Positions 55,334 through 63,489 of a stretch of DNA of 64,000 nucleotides are shown in pieces (position 1 is the stretch's first letter; the number at the start of each line of letters is the position of its first letter). The notes under the pieces are model-generated. The model did no database searches, was not told the DNA's origin, and was given only the letters and a program-made list of their open reading frames with translations. This DNA comes from Bryobacteraceae bacterium. GTDB taxonomy: Bacteria > Acidobacteriota > Terriglobia > Bryobacterales > Bryobacteraceae. The stretch lies in NCBI GenBank assembly GCA_051004875.1, contig JBPCJX010000098.1, positions 3,048 to 67,047 on the forward strand, written 5' to 3'. Made by a program: the position numbers and the translations under genes.

Positions 55334-56134
55334 TCAATCCAACAGGTCGCTGACAATCTCGAATCGATAACCCTGGTCTTTCAACACAGGGACGATCTGG
55401 CGAACCGCGCCCAATGTTGCCGTAATATCGGGATCCGGCTGCACCGCGCGTCCGTCATGCAGGCATATAATCCCGCCCGGCGATGAATGCGCGAGCACGT
55501 GTTTCGCGATACGGTTTGCAGGCCATTTCCAATCATTACCGATTACCGTCCACATTACGCCCAAGAGTGCCAGTTTCTGCTGCACGGCTTGCATTCCGAA
55601 CCAGCGGAACCCATACGGCGCTCGTAGCAGCATTGGGGTGAAACCTGTTTCCGATTGGATAATCCTCTGCGTCCTCGTAAACTCCTCATCGATAAAGTCG
55701 CGAGATTTGAACGGAAGCCTGGGGTGCGAGTACGTATGATTGCCAAGCTGATGATTATGGGCGGCAACCTCCCCGGCGATTCGAGGTAGCCGGCGAACGT
55801 TCATCCCGCACTGAAAGAAGGTACAGGTAACTTGCTCCTTCGCCAGGTACTCAAGCAATGGCAAGGTCGCCTCGCTAGGACCGTCGTCGAAGGTCAAAGC
55901 GATCGAACGCCTGCGCCCCGGACCGCGGTAAACGGAAGGTCCAAAAAACTGTGACGACTTGGACATGCTGCCGTAGGCGAGGGTTGCAGAAACGCCACCG
56001 AGCACAGCCCCGCCCGCAACAGCCGCTGCATTGACACGTGGCATCGCCCTCAGCCTATCACGCAAGAACCGTTGCTGCACACTAACTTTATTCCCGTACG
56101 CGCCGCTTGCCTTCAATGGCGAAACACTTTTCAC
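55334..56134 (-). CDS. polysaccharide deacetylase (NodB homology domain) family protein
   Basis: Motifs IALTFDDGPS and NHTYSHPRL, plus an N-terminal membrane anchor. Confidence 0.75.
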   Translation of the reverse strand: MKSVSPLKASGAYGNKVSVQQRFLRDRLRAMPRVNAAAVAGGAVLGGVSATLAYGSMSKSSQFFGPSVYRGPGRRRSIALTFDDGPSEATLPLLEYLAKEQVTCTFFQCGMNVRRLPRIAGEVAAHNHQLGNHTYSHPRLPFKSRDFIDEEFTRTQRIIQSETGFTPMLLRAPYGFRWFGMQAVQQKLALLGVMWTVIGNDWKWPANRIAKHVLAHSSPGGIICLHDGRAVQPDPDITATLGAVRQIVPVLKDQGYRFEIVSDLLD

Positions 56135-56167
56135 TCGCGGGCATCACATTCTCTCGAGGAGATTGGG

Positions 56168-56692
56168 ATGCAAAATTTTAGAAAGATCGGAATATTTATC
56201 GTTGGTGGCGTTGTTGCTCTTGATCTCGCCGCCACGCCGGTTCGTGCACAAGATACCAGCACTCCTGGGCAATCGACCGCTCCAACGGAACATCACGACT
56301 CCTCCCAGCGGGGTTCTGGAATGTCGATCCGCCATGCGCAGGAAGTATTGAAGGACAAAGGTTATTACAAAGCTGATGTGGACGGCAAATATGGCCCTGA
56401 GACGCGCGCTGCCCTGGAGAAGTACCAGCAAGACGAGAAGCTAAATGTCAGTGGCCGGCTCGACAGCGACACCGCTGCCCGGCTCGGGCCAGGTAAGAAG
56501 GCATCCAGCACGGTAGGCGCTCCGATAAACGGAGCTAAATCGGCTGTCAAGGAAGGCTACAGCGAGGCGAAGGAAACGGCCACAACCTCAGCAAAAAAGC
56601 AAACTCAGCAGGCTGGCAGTGCTGTAAAGGAAGGGCTCGGAGAAATAAAGGGCAACTCCAAAAAGAAGAAAGCTACTAAGCGCGAGCAATAG
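56168..56692 (+). CDS. secreted protein with a peptidoglycan-binding (PG_binding_1) domain and a lysine-rich tail
   Basis: ATG at 56168 is preceded by GAGGAG. Signal peptide present. LKDKGYYKADVDGKYGPETRAALEKYQQDEKLNVSGRLD is the PG_binding_1 pattern. Confidence 0.6.
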   Translation: MQNFRKIGIFIVGGVVALDLAATPVRAQDTSTPGQSTAPTEHHDSSQRGSGMSIRHAQEVLKDKGYYKADVDGKYGPETRAALEKYQQDEKLNVSGRLDSDTAARLGPGKKASSTVGAPINGAKSAVKEGYSEAKETATTSAKKQTQQAGSAVKEGLGEIKGNSKKKKATKREQ

Positions 56693-56701
56693 CTCTGTAG
56701 A

Positions 56702-58372
56702 TTAGTGGGCCACCGTTGTAAAGAATGTGCTTCTACCGGTGCGCGGATCGATCCCATAACTGAATAGAAACGCTACTCCACCGGGTACCCGCAGTTTCGA
56801 TTGGATGCCCACACCGTGCAGCCAGCCAGCGGAGCCGAACTGGTGGGAAGAGTCGTAAACTCTGCCCACATCATAAAAAGGACCTGCTTGCCAGCTTAGA
56901 AACTCATTGCGGTACACGGCTTTCTCGATTCCCGCTTGCATCAGTACGTAATCTCGACCCATCGGGGCACTCCCCTTTTTGCCGCCTCGTGTGCCGGGTT
57001 GGCTACGTAGCCATAAGTTGTTGTCCCGGTCCATTCCCAACGTGAATAGCTCGTCGAACGGAGCGGGGCCGAAAGTTTTCCCGGTTCTGAAGTCAGCCGA
57101 GACAGTGAAATCATCGCCTTGGGCCTGCGGGAACCATCGCAGAGAAGCAGATCCCTGCAGTCGCGAGAAGAGATCTGTTCTGCCGGTGAGCATTTTACCG
57201 ATCTGTGCATCTACCGAGCTGCTTACCGAAATGCGCCGTTCGGGGATCCGAATCAAATCGTAAACTAGGCCGGTCTGTTGTTGGACAGAGAGCCCATCGC
57301 TGAAGAGCGACCCTGCCCCAGCGTTCCGAAAGCTGCGTTGGGCCATCGAAAATCCGTTGGTCCAGCGTAGACGGCCGGTCACTCCGTATTCAAGCTGCGC
57401 TCCCGCTTCCAATTTGTTCATCTGGAATTGACGCAAGGGGACGCCTGCGCCGTGAAAGGTTGTGCTTACGTCCCAATTCTCCCAGCGCCCGTCAGCATAA
57501 AGGCGATATTCCCACCGCGGATTTTGAGCCAAGGGCCCGCTAAGGGCCGCAAACAGCCGTCGCTTTTGAGCATCCCAGCGCCACATGGTCGCCAAATTCG
57601 TGGCCGAGTGACCCACATTCACAAAGTCTGCATAAAGGGTTTCATAAGGGAGTCCACTCAGCAAGGGAACCACGCGCGCTAGCTTGCCTTTGGTCGTATT
57701 TTCCATTGAGTGGAAATATAAGTCGAACTGATCGCGCTCGCCTGCCTCTAGATCGAATTGATACTGGGAGAAAACTGCCAAGCGTTCCAGGTTGGCGCGG
57801 CTCGCGTCAAGCTCATCTGTCGTGAGGACGTGATCCACCGAAAACGTAAATGCGCGCTGTAACAGGACCGGATCGAGTTGTGGAAGTGGCTCGAGCTGCA
57901 CACGCCGGATATAGGGCTTTCCGATCCGGTTCCAGTATTTCAGTGAGGCTTCCAGGTTTCCTTCCAAAAGATAAACGGTGCCAAGGAAATCATTAGCGTA
58001 TGACTCATCCGCGTCCAGCTTCAGGGCAGCGTGCAAATAACTTTTCGCAGCTCCGAAGTTTTTACTTCGGTAAGCTAGTGCGGCGAGCTCTAGCGGGAAG
58101 CGCTTGTCTCCCGGATACTCCAGATAGCCAGTTGAGAAGACCTCCTTGGCTTCGCTCCATCGTTCAAGGTGCGCTAAGGCCATTCCATGGAGATAAGCAA
58201 GATCTGGGGAACGGCCGGGCGAGCGTTGCGCAACGCTAACAACCTCTGGCCATCGCCTCTGTTCGTACAGGTGGGCAAGCGCGGTAGTAGGTTCTGCGGC
58301 GGTGGCCAAAACGGCGAGCACGCTGAGAAGTAACGGGAGCGCGAAATGCCGAGCGGAGAAAATGGGCCTCAA
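56702..58372 (-). CDS. secreted TPR-domain protein with a C-terminal beta-barrel-like (Omp85/ShlB-like) region
   Basis: I start it at TTG 58372, which overlaps the upstream TGA as TTGA. This gives the signal peptide M-RPIFSARHFALPLLLSVLAVLATAAEP. The N-terminal ~150 aa are TPR-like. The rest is alternating beta-strand-like sequence ending GVGIQSKLRVPGGVAFLFSYGIDPRTGRSTFFTTVAH. Confidence 0.45.
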   Translation of the reverse strand: MRPIFSARHFALPLLLSVLAVLATAAEPTTALAHLYEQRRWPEVVSVAQRSPGRSPDLAYLHGMALAHLERWSEAKEVFSTGYLEYPGDKRFPLELAALAYRSKNFGAAKSYLHAALKLDADESYANDFLGTVYLLEGNLEASLKYWNRIGKPYIRRVQLEPLPQLDPVLLQRAFTFSVDHVLTTDELDASRANLERLAVFSQYQFDLEAGERDQFDLYFHSMENTTKGKLARVVPLLSGLPYETLYADFVNVGHSATNLATMWRWDAQKRRLFAALSGPLAQNPRWEYRLYADGRWENWDVSTTFHGAGVPLRQFQMNKLEAGAQLEYGVTGRLRWTNGFSMAQRSFRNAGAGSLFSDGLSVQQQTGLVYDLIRIPERRISVSSSVDAQIGKMLTGRTDLFSRLQGSASLRWFPQAQGDDFTVSADFRTGKTFGPAPFDELFTLGMDRDNNLWLRSQPGTRGGKKGSAPMGRDYVLMQAGIEKAVYRNEFLSWQAGPFYDVGRVYDSSHQFGSAGWLHGVGIQSKLRVPGGVAFLFSYGIDPRTGRSTFFTTVAH

Positions 58373-58977
58373 GGTCCGTGCTGCGGAAGGACCAGGAGCG
58401 TCCAGTGGCCAGTGGCTTTCCACTCCTTCTCAAAATGCTCGCCATTCTCCTCAATGAGCTTGCCGCGTGCAGGATCGTTGAGCAGCACAGAGCCCTGGTC
58501 TCTGCCGAGGCCCGTAACCACTACATAGTGGAGCGGGTCGCGGGAACTCTTAGGCTGGAGACATACAATGAGGGGGCGCCCCTTAGAAAGGTGTTGGCGT
58601 AGGTCGCCCCAATCGCCGGCAAAACGGAAGGTGGAGAAGCCCGCCTCGTGAAGGTAGCGCTCCATATCGGAGCCGTACACACCCTTCGCCCCGGGCGAAT
58701 AGAGGGCTGTTTGGATCGTTTTTTCCTGTGCGTTCTCCCGTGTGCCGGCAGTCGAACCTGTGCCGCTCTGGCCAATCCAATACTGCATGAGCATCGAAAC
58801 GACTGCCGATCCGCAACCCTGTTTTTCCTGGCGCACGAAGGGGACATCCAACCATAATCCCGAGTTCTCTGCCAGTAGAGCAGGACTCAGGATGAATACC
58901 AACAGGGCAAACAGGCGGGAACTGCATGCCCGTGTGGATCTACTTAAAGGCCAGCACCAATACTGTAAGAAATGCAT
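58369..58977 (-). CDS. secreted papain-fold cysteine peptidase, C39-like (PA2778-like)
   Basis: Signal peptide present. FVRQEKQGCGSAVVSMLMQYW holds the Gln and Cys of the C39-type catalytic site. HYVVVTG followed by LLNDPA supplies the His and Asp/Asn. Confidence 0.6.
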   Translation of the reverse strand: MHFLQYWCWPLSRSTRACSSRLFALLVFILSPALLAENSGLWLDVPFVRQEKQGCGSAVVSMLMQYWIGQSGTGSTAGTRENAQEKTIQTALYSPGAKGVYGSDMERYLHEAGFSTFRFAGDWGDLRQHLSKGRPLIVCLQPKSSRDPLHYVVVTGLGRDQGSVLLNDPARGKLIEENGEHFEKEWKATGHWTLLVLPQHGP

Positions 58978-59338
58978 AAGCAGCTACTGCCATGATGATC
59001 AGGCTGATCTGTCCATTGGTCAGTTCGCCTGCCGCGAGATCCTTTTCAGCACCCCGCGTCTTACTCGCTAAGTTGGATAGTTCTTGGTCACTCAGGAACG
59101 GAACGGCTTTCTGGATTTTTTCGCCGTCCATCCTGCTCGTCTTGAGAACCTGTTGGACGCGGTCTGAAGCGAAGAAGTGGTTCACATCGGCCAAGTTTGT
59201 TTGGCGTGCTGTAGTCGCCTGGCGCAGATCATTGCGCAACTCGCTTGGAGACACGATATGTTCCTGGGCGATAAGGGAACTGGAAAAAACAGTGAACGCT
59301 ACCACAAGGGCTGTAGCGGGGAACTTTCGAAAAAACAT
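58940..59338 (-). CDS. small secreted/anchored protein resembling the PA2779 family
   Basis: Signal peptide, central helical region, LSDQELSNLA motif and a C-terminal transmembrane helix (ISLIIMAVAAYAFLTVLVLAF). The layout matches my memory of PA2779-type proteins that accompany PA2778-type peptidases. Confidence 0.45.
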   Translation of the reverse strand: MFFRKFPATALVVAFTVFSSSLIAQEHIVSPSELRNDLRQATTARQTNLADVNHFFASDRVQQVLKTSRMDGEKIQKAVPFLSDQELSNLASKTRGAEKDLAAGELTNGQISLIIMAVAAYAFLTVLVLAFK

Positions 59339-59926
59339 GTGATAATCCTTTTTTTAGTTATTTCTATTTCAGTGGAAAGTATTACTAACGCCATCAACTA
59401 GCGGTGTGGCTTTAAACTAGACTCCGCTCAGTGTGTTTTGTTTCGGAAGGCAGGTCTCAGGGGCAGGTCGAGCGCTCGGGTCGCGAGTGGCTTGTAGGTA
59501 GATACCTCAGGAGGCCCTGTGAAATCTACCCATGTCTCAGTAAGGGATTCGCGGCAGTCCGTTTCGGAAAAGGAAGAGATAAGCAGATGGAAAGCCTCAA
59601 GAGCAAACCGATGATACCGAGCGAAACCGTAATTGGAAAATGGCCGCCCACCGCGCATTCAGCCACGACATCTTTAGTCCCCAGAAGACCGCTGCTAGCC
59701 CGTAACGCAGAAGATGAAAGCGACCGATGGCTCCAGTTTCTCCTGGGTACTAGGCAATCCAGGAAAACTGTGACAGATTGTTTCAACTGATCGGAGCGTC
59801 CGGCAATCGTGATCAGATGACCGGTGTATTCCGAAACGAACAGATGGCCGCGCTTTTCGTTCAGATGATTGATTGCAGCCTCGGTTCGTGCCGCTAATTG
59901 CGCAGAGGCGGCGTCAACACTGTTCC

Positions 59927-61165
59927 TTACTCCCGCACCTTCTCCCGGGCCGGTGCCGAAGCGTGGTACTCACTGCGCACGCGCTCAGAGTAAAGCTTCA
60001 GCAATTCACCAACGCGTTCGTAGTGCGGCGATTTTACAATAAAACCAACGTGGTGATGCTTGCTCAAATGCCAGACGAGTTCCGGTTCCCGAAAGCTGGA
60101 GGTATCCGGCCATTCTTGCCGCGCTAGCGACACCAGCAATCCCGCATAGTCATTGCTCGGCTGAGGAGGCGCATAGGATAGACCGGAGGCCGCGGCCAGC
60201 TCGACCTTGGCCCACTCCGCCCACATGTCGATTCCCGTCGCCGCCTGAATGAGGTCGGAGATGTGAGCGCCGCCCACGCGAGCCGAGGTCTCCAAAAAGT
60301 AGATCTTTTTATCTTCATGAGCGCGAAGAAACTCAGTGTGAGAAACGCCATCGGCGAGTTCGAATCCTTCCAATACTTCTTGATTCAGCCGTTTCAAAGC
60401 GCCGTCGATCTGCGAGCCGCGCTCGACAATTCTGGTCGTGAAGATGCCGCCGCTCTGTGTGACATCGAGCGGAGGCGTTCCGTATGCACTCGCTACCGCG
60501 TAGATCATCTCCCCTTTAAACCAAATTGAATCGACATGAAAGATATCTCCCGGGACAAAACGTTCAAGGGCAAAGAAGGACTGCTGATCGCCGAGGCTAT
60601 GAATCTTATCCCAGACATCTTGCTTATCGCAAAGCTTCTTGATGCCTATCGCACCGGCCATCAGGCGCGGCTTCAACAGCCACGGAGGAGGAACGGTATC
60701 AAGATACCGCGTTATTTCTTCGTAATTGAAAGTGGCTGTGAACTCTGGAACAGGGATCCCCTGCTCTGTTGCCCGCATACGCATGGCGAGTTTATCGCGA
60801 AAGTAGCGCGTTGCAGTTTCGCCAAGTCCCGGCAGGCGCAAGTGTTCCCGCAAAAATGAAGCCTTCTCCAGATCGAAATCGTCAAGCGCGACAATCCTAT
60901 CGATTTGTATCGTCCGGCACATATGGCTCACGGCGAGAAGCATGTCCTGGAGATTCCATTCGTTCTCCTGGTCCGGCATGTAGAAGATTTCATCCAAGCT
61001 CTCGAGTGGCCAATTGGCCTTGTACTGAAGGCTTAGAGAGGTCAGAAGGAAAACCCGACAGCCCTGCTTTTTGGCCTGCTGCAGAAACCCATGCCCCTTT
61101 TCATAGCTAGCCAGGCATAACAATGTCAGCGGCTGGGATGGGTTTGTTGTAGCGCATTGCTGCAT
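59927..61165 (-). CDS. ATP-grasp domain protein (L-amino-acid-ligase-like)
   Basis: 412 aa. It has a pre-ATP-grasp Rossmann-like N-terminus, then WLLKPRLMAGAIGIKK and YFLETSARVGGAHI, which are typical of ATP-grasp_4 enzymes. Confidence 0.7.
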   Translation of the reverse strand: MQQCATTNPSQPLTLLCLASYEKGHGFLQQAKKQGCRVFLLTSLSLQYKANWPLESLDEIFYMPDQENEWNLQDMLLAVSHMCRTIQIDRIVALDDFDLEKASFLREHLRLPGLGETATRYFRDKLAMRMRATEQGIPVPEFTATFNYEEITRYLDTVPPPWLLKPRLMAGAIGIKKLCDKQDVWDKIHSLGDQQSFFALERFVPGDIFHVDSIWFKGEMIYAVASAYGTPPLDVTQSGGIFTTRIVERGSQIDGALKRLNQEVLEGFELADGVSHTEFLRAHEDKKIYFLETSARVGGAHISDLIQAATGIDMWAEWAKVELAAASGLSYAPPQPSNDYAGLLVSLARQEWPDTSSFREPELVWHLSKHHHVGFIVKSPHYERVGELLKLYSERVRSEYHASAPAREKVRE

Positions 61166-61242
61166 ACGTGAACAAATAAGGATACTCTCTTAATAGCTAG
61201 AAACACTACGGGTACTTCGCATAGTAAGCTAGTGAAAGCTGA

Positions 61243-61890
61243 ATGCAGACACTCAGGCTTAAACACCTCGTCGCCATCCGCTGGTTTCACTGGATCAACT
61301 TTCCACTGCTGTTTCTGATGATTTGGAGTGGATTCCTGGTCTACTGGGCGTACGACAGCTATCACATCGGCCCACTTCCTATCGTTCCCGCCTGGGTGTA
61401 CCGAATCCTTCACATGGATCATCGCCTCGCCGACGGTATGGCGCTACATTTCGTCTTCATGTGGCTGTTCGTGATTAATGGCATTCTCTACGTGGGCTAC
61501 ACTCTCATATCCGGCGAGTGGCGGCTGTTAGTTCCACGCTCCCTATCCACATTTCGAGACGCCTGGTATGTGTTGCTGCACGATTTTGGCCTGCACAACG
61601 AAGCTCCGCGTCAAGAAAAGTACAACGCCGCTCAGCAGGTGAGCTATTCGGCAATCATTTTGATGGGCGTCGGCTCCGTGTTAACCGGTCTTGCTATTTA
61701 CAAACCCGCGCAGTTAGGATGGTTAGCCGCTCTATTCGGCGGCTATGAGGGAGCGCGATTAATCCATTTTCTGCTGACGCTAGGCTACGTGGCGTTTTTC
61801 GTCGTGCACGTTGCGCAAGTGGTTCGCGCCGGCTGGAACAATTTCCGCAGCATGGTTATCGGCTACGAACTCGTGAACGACAATGAATAG
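61243..61890 (+). CDS. cytochrome b-type membrane subunit (PhsC / Ni_hydr_CYTB-like)
   Basis: Four to five transmembrane helices with conserved His positions (RWFHWINF, LHFVFMW, IHFLLTL, VVHVAQV). Confidence 0.6.
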   Translation: MQTLRLKHLVAIRWFHWINFPLLFLMIWSGFLVYWAYDSYHIGPLPIVPAWVYRILHMDHRLADGMALHFVFMWLFVINGILYVGYTLISGEWRLLVPRSLSTFRDAWYVLLHDFGLHNEAPRQEKYNAAQQVSYSAIILMGVGSVLTGLAIYKPAQLGWLAALFGGYEGARLIHFLLTLGYVAFFVVHVAQVVRAGWNNFRSMVIGYELVNDNE

Positions 61891-62653
61891 CTGGGATCGT
61901 GAAATCGTTCTGTCCGACGACGAAACGAGGCGCAAACTGCGGCGAAGAACTCGGCGAGATTTCCTGATAGGAGGAGTAGCGGCGCTGGGAGCGATTGGCG
62001 GATACGAATGGATGCGATCGAGAACACGAGATGGCGGACTTCAATGGCCGCAACGCCGGATTCTCGATTGGAACGGGAAATTGGCGCACGCTTATTTGAG
62101 CAATTCACACCTGATGCCCACTTACTCGCGCGACCAGGTGGGATGGCTGAAGCCCAACGGCGATATCGGAATGGATGATGATATCGATGCGAACAATTGG
62201 GAGATCCAGGTGTCCAACGACGAAGGCGGGCCGGAGCTTAAGCTCTCTTTGACGGATATCCGCGCACTTCCCAAAGTCGAAATGATCACGCGGTTCTGCT
62301 GCATAGAAGGCTGGAGTACGATAACTCACTGGGGTGGTGCCCGTTTTTCGGACTTCACAAAAACGTATTTCCGGCCAGACCGCAAGCTGACGAATTTCGT
62401 CTCGCTCGCCACGCCCGGCGATGACTACTATGTTGGACTCGATATGAAGAGCGCCCTGCATCCACAGACGCTGCTGGCTTACGAGCAGAACGGGAAGCCG
62501 CTGGCCGATGAGCACGGAGCTCCACTTCGCCTCGTGATTCCCGTCAAATACGGAATCAAAAATATCAAGCGTATCGGCATGATCGAATATACGAACGACA
62601 GACCGGCTGATTACTGGGCCGAAGAAGGGTACGACTGGTTCGCGGGTCTTTGA
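61883..62653 (+). CDS. molybdopterin-dependent oxidoreductase (sulfite-oxidase fold, MsrP/YedY-like), Tat-exported
   Basis: Tat motif RRRTRRDFLIGGVAALGA. Motifs FCCIEGWS and PLRLVIPVKYG. 8-nt overlap with the cytochrome b gene. Confidence 0.75.
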   Translation: MNSWDREIVLSDDETRRKLRRRTRRDFLIGGVAALGAIGGYEWMRSRTRDGGLQWPQRRILDWNGKLAHAYLSNSHLMPTYSRDQVGWLKPNGDIGMDDDIDANNWEIQVSNDEGGPELKLSLTDIRALPKVEMITRFCCIEGWSTITHWGGARFSDFTKTYFRPDRKLTNFVSLATPGDDYYVGLDMKSALHPQTLLAYEQNGKPLADEHGAPLRLVIPVKYGIKNIKRIGMIEYTNDRPADYWAEEGYDWFAGL

Positions 62654-62656
62654 CCG

Positions 62657-63391
62657 ATGCCGGAAGCTAAACTTTACTGCGGAACGTCGGGCTTCGCTTA
62701 TGCGAGTTGGAAGCCCGATTTCTACCCTGAAAAACTGCCCAGCGCAAGTTTTCTGTCCTATTACGCTACCCGTCTCAACGCCGTCGAAGTGAACTACACT
62801 TACCGCCGCATTGCGCAGCCGGTTACGTTTGAAAAATGGATCGCTGCCACGCCTGACGGCTTCGTGTTTCTGCCTAAGGCGCACATGAAGATCACGCACT
62901 CGCTGAAGTTGAAAGACGCCGAGGAATTCACACGGGTTTTTCTGCAATCGTTGGAGCCGTTGCGCGCAGCCGGCCGCCTCGGTCCTATCCTGTTTCAGCT
63001 TCCTCCATCGTTTAAAGCGGATGTCGAAACGCTGCGCGATTTCATAACGCTGCTGCCGAAACCCGTCCAGGCGGCATTCGAATTCAGGAACGCAAGCTGG
63101 TTCGACGAAGCTACATACGAGGTGCTGAAAGGCGCAAACGTTGCGCTGTGCATGGCGGAGAACGAGAATCTGGAAACTCCACATGTCGTAACCGCCGATT
63201 TCGTCTATCTACGTTTGCGAAAGCCCGACTACACGGAATCCGAGTTGGGCAGTATCGCTTACCGCGTCCAGCAATACCGTGCCAATGCGTATCCCACCTA
63301 CGCCATCTTCAAGCATGAAGACACACCTGCAGGCGCCTTGAATGCGGAAAAGATGCTCAATGCTCAGACGGTAAAAGGACTGCCTGTGTGA
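62657..63391 (+). CDS. DUF72 domain protein
   Basis: Motifs GTSGFAYASWKPDFYP, YATRLNAVEVNYTYR, FVFLPKAHMKITH and ILFQLPPSF. Confidence 0.75.
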   Translation: MPEAKLYCGTSGFAYASWKPDFYPEKLPSASFLSYYATRLNAVEVNYTYRRIAQPVTFEKWIAATPDGFVFLPKAHMKITHSLKLKDAEEFTRVFLQSLEPLRAAGRLGPILFQLPPSFKADVETLRDFITLLPKPVQAAFEFRNASWFDEATYEVLKGANVALCMAENENLETPHVVTADFVYLRLRKPDYTESELGSIAYRVQQYRANAYPTYAIFKHEDTPAGALNAEKMLNAQTVKGLPV

Positions 63392-63489
63392 GTGCACACT
63401 GCTGATAAAAGCAGCCGTTCTCCCTCAAGGTAGGCAGAAGAGAATTGATTCGTTTGACAGGGTGAACATTGAATGGCCTCTTGCTCCAG

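Noticed and set aside
59428-59790. ORFs of 119 aa (+), 76 aa (-) and 86 aa (-) in the gap downstream of the ATP-grasp gene
   Set aside because: They are mutually overlapping, with weak or absent canonical starts and unconvincing composition. I reported the region as a finding instead of calling CDSs.
62105-63184. 359-aa minus-strand ORF
   Set aside because: It spans the junction of two well-supported plus-strand genes (the Mo-oxidoreductase and DUF72). Its composition is not protein-like, so it is a shadow ORF.
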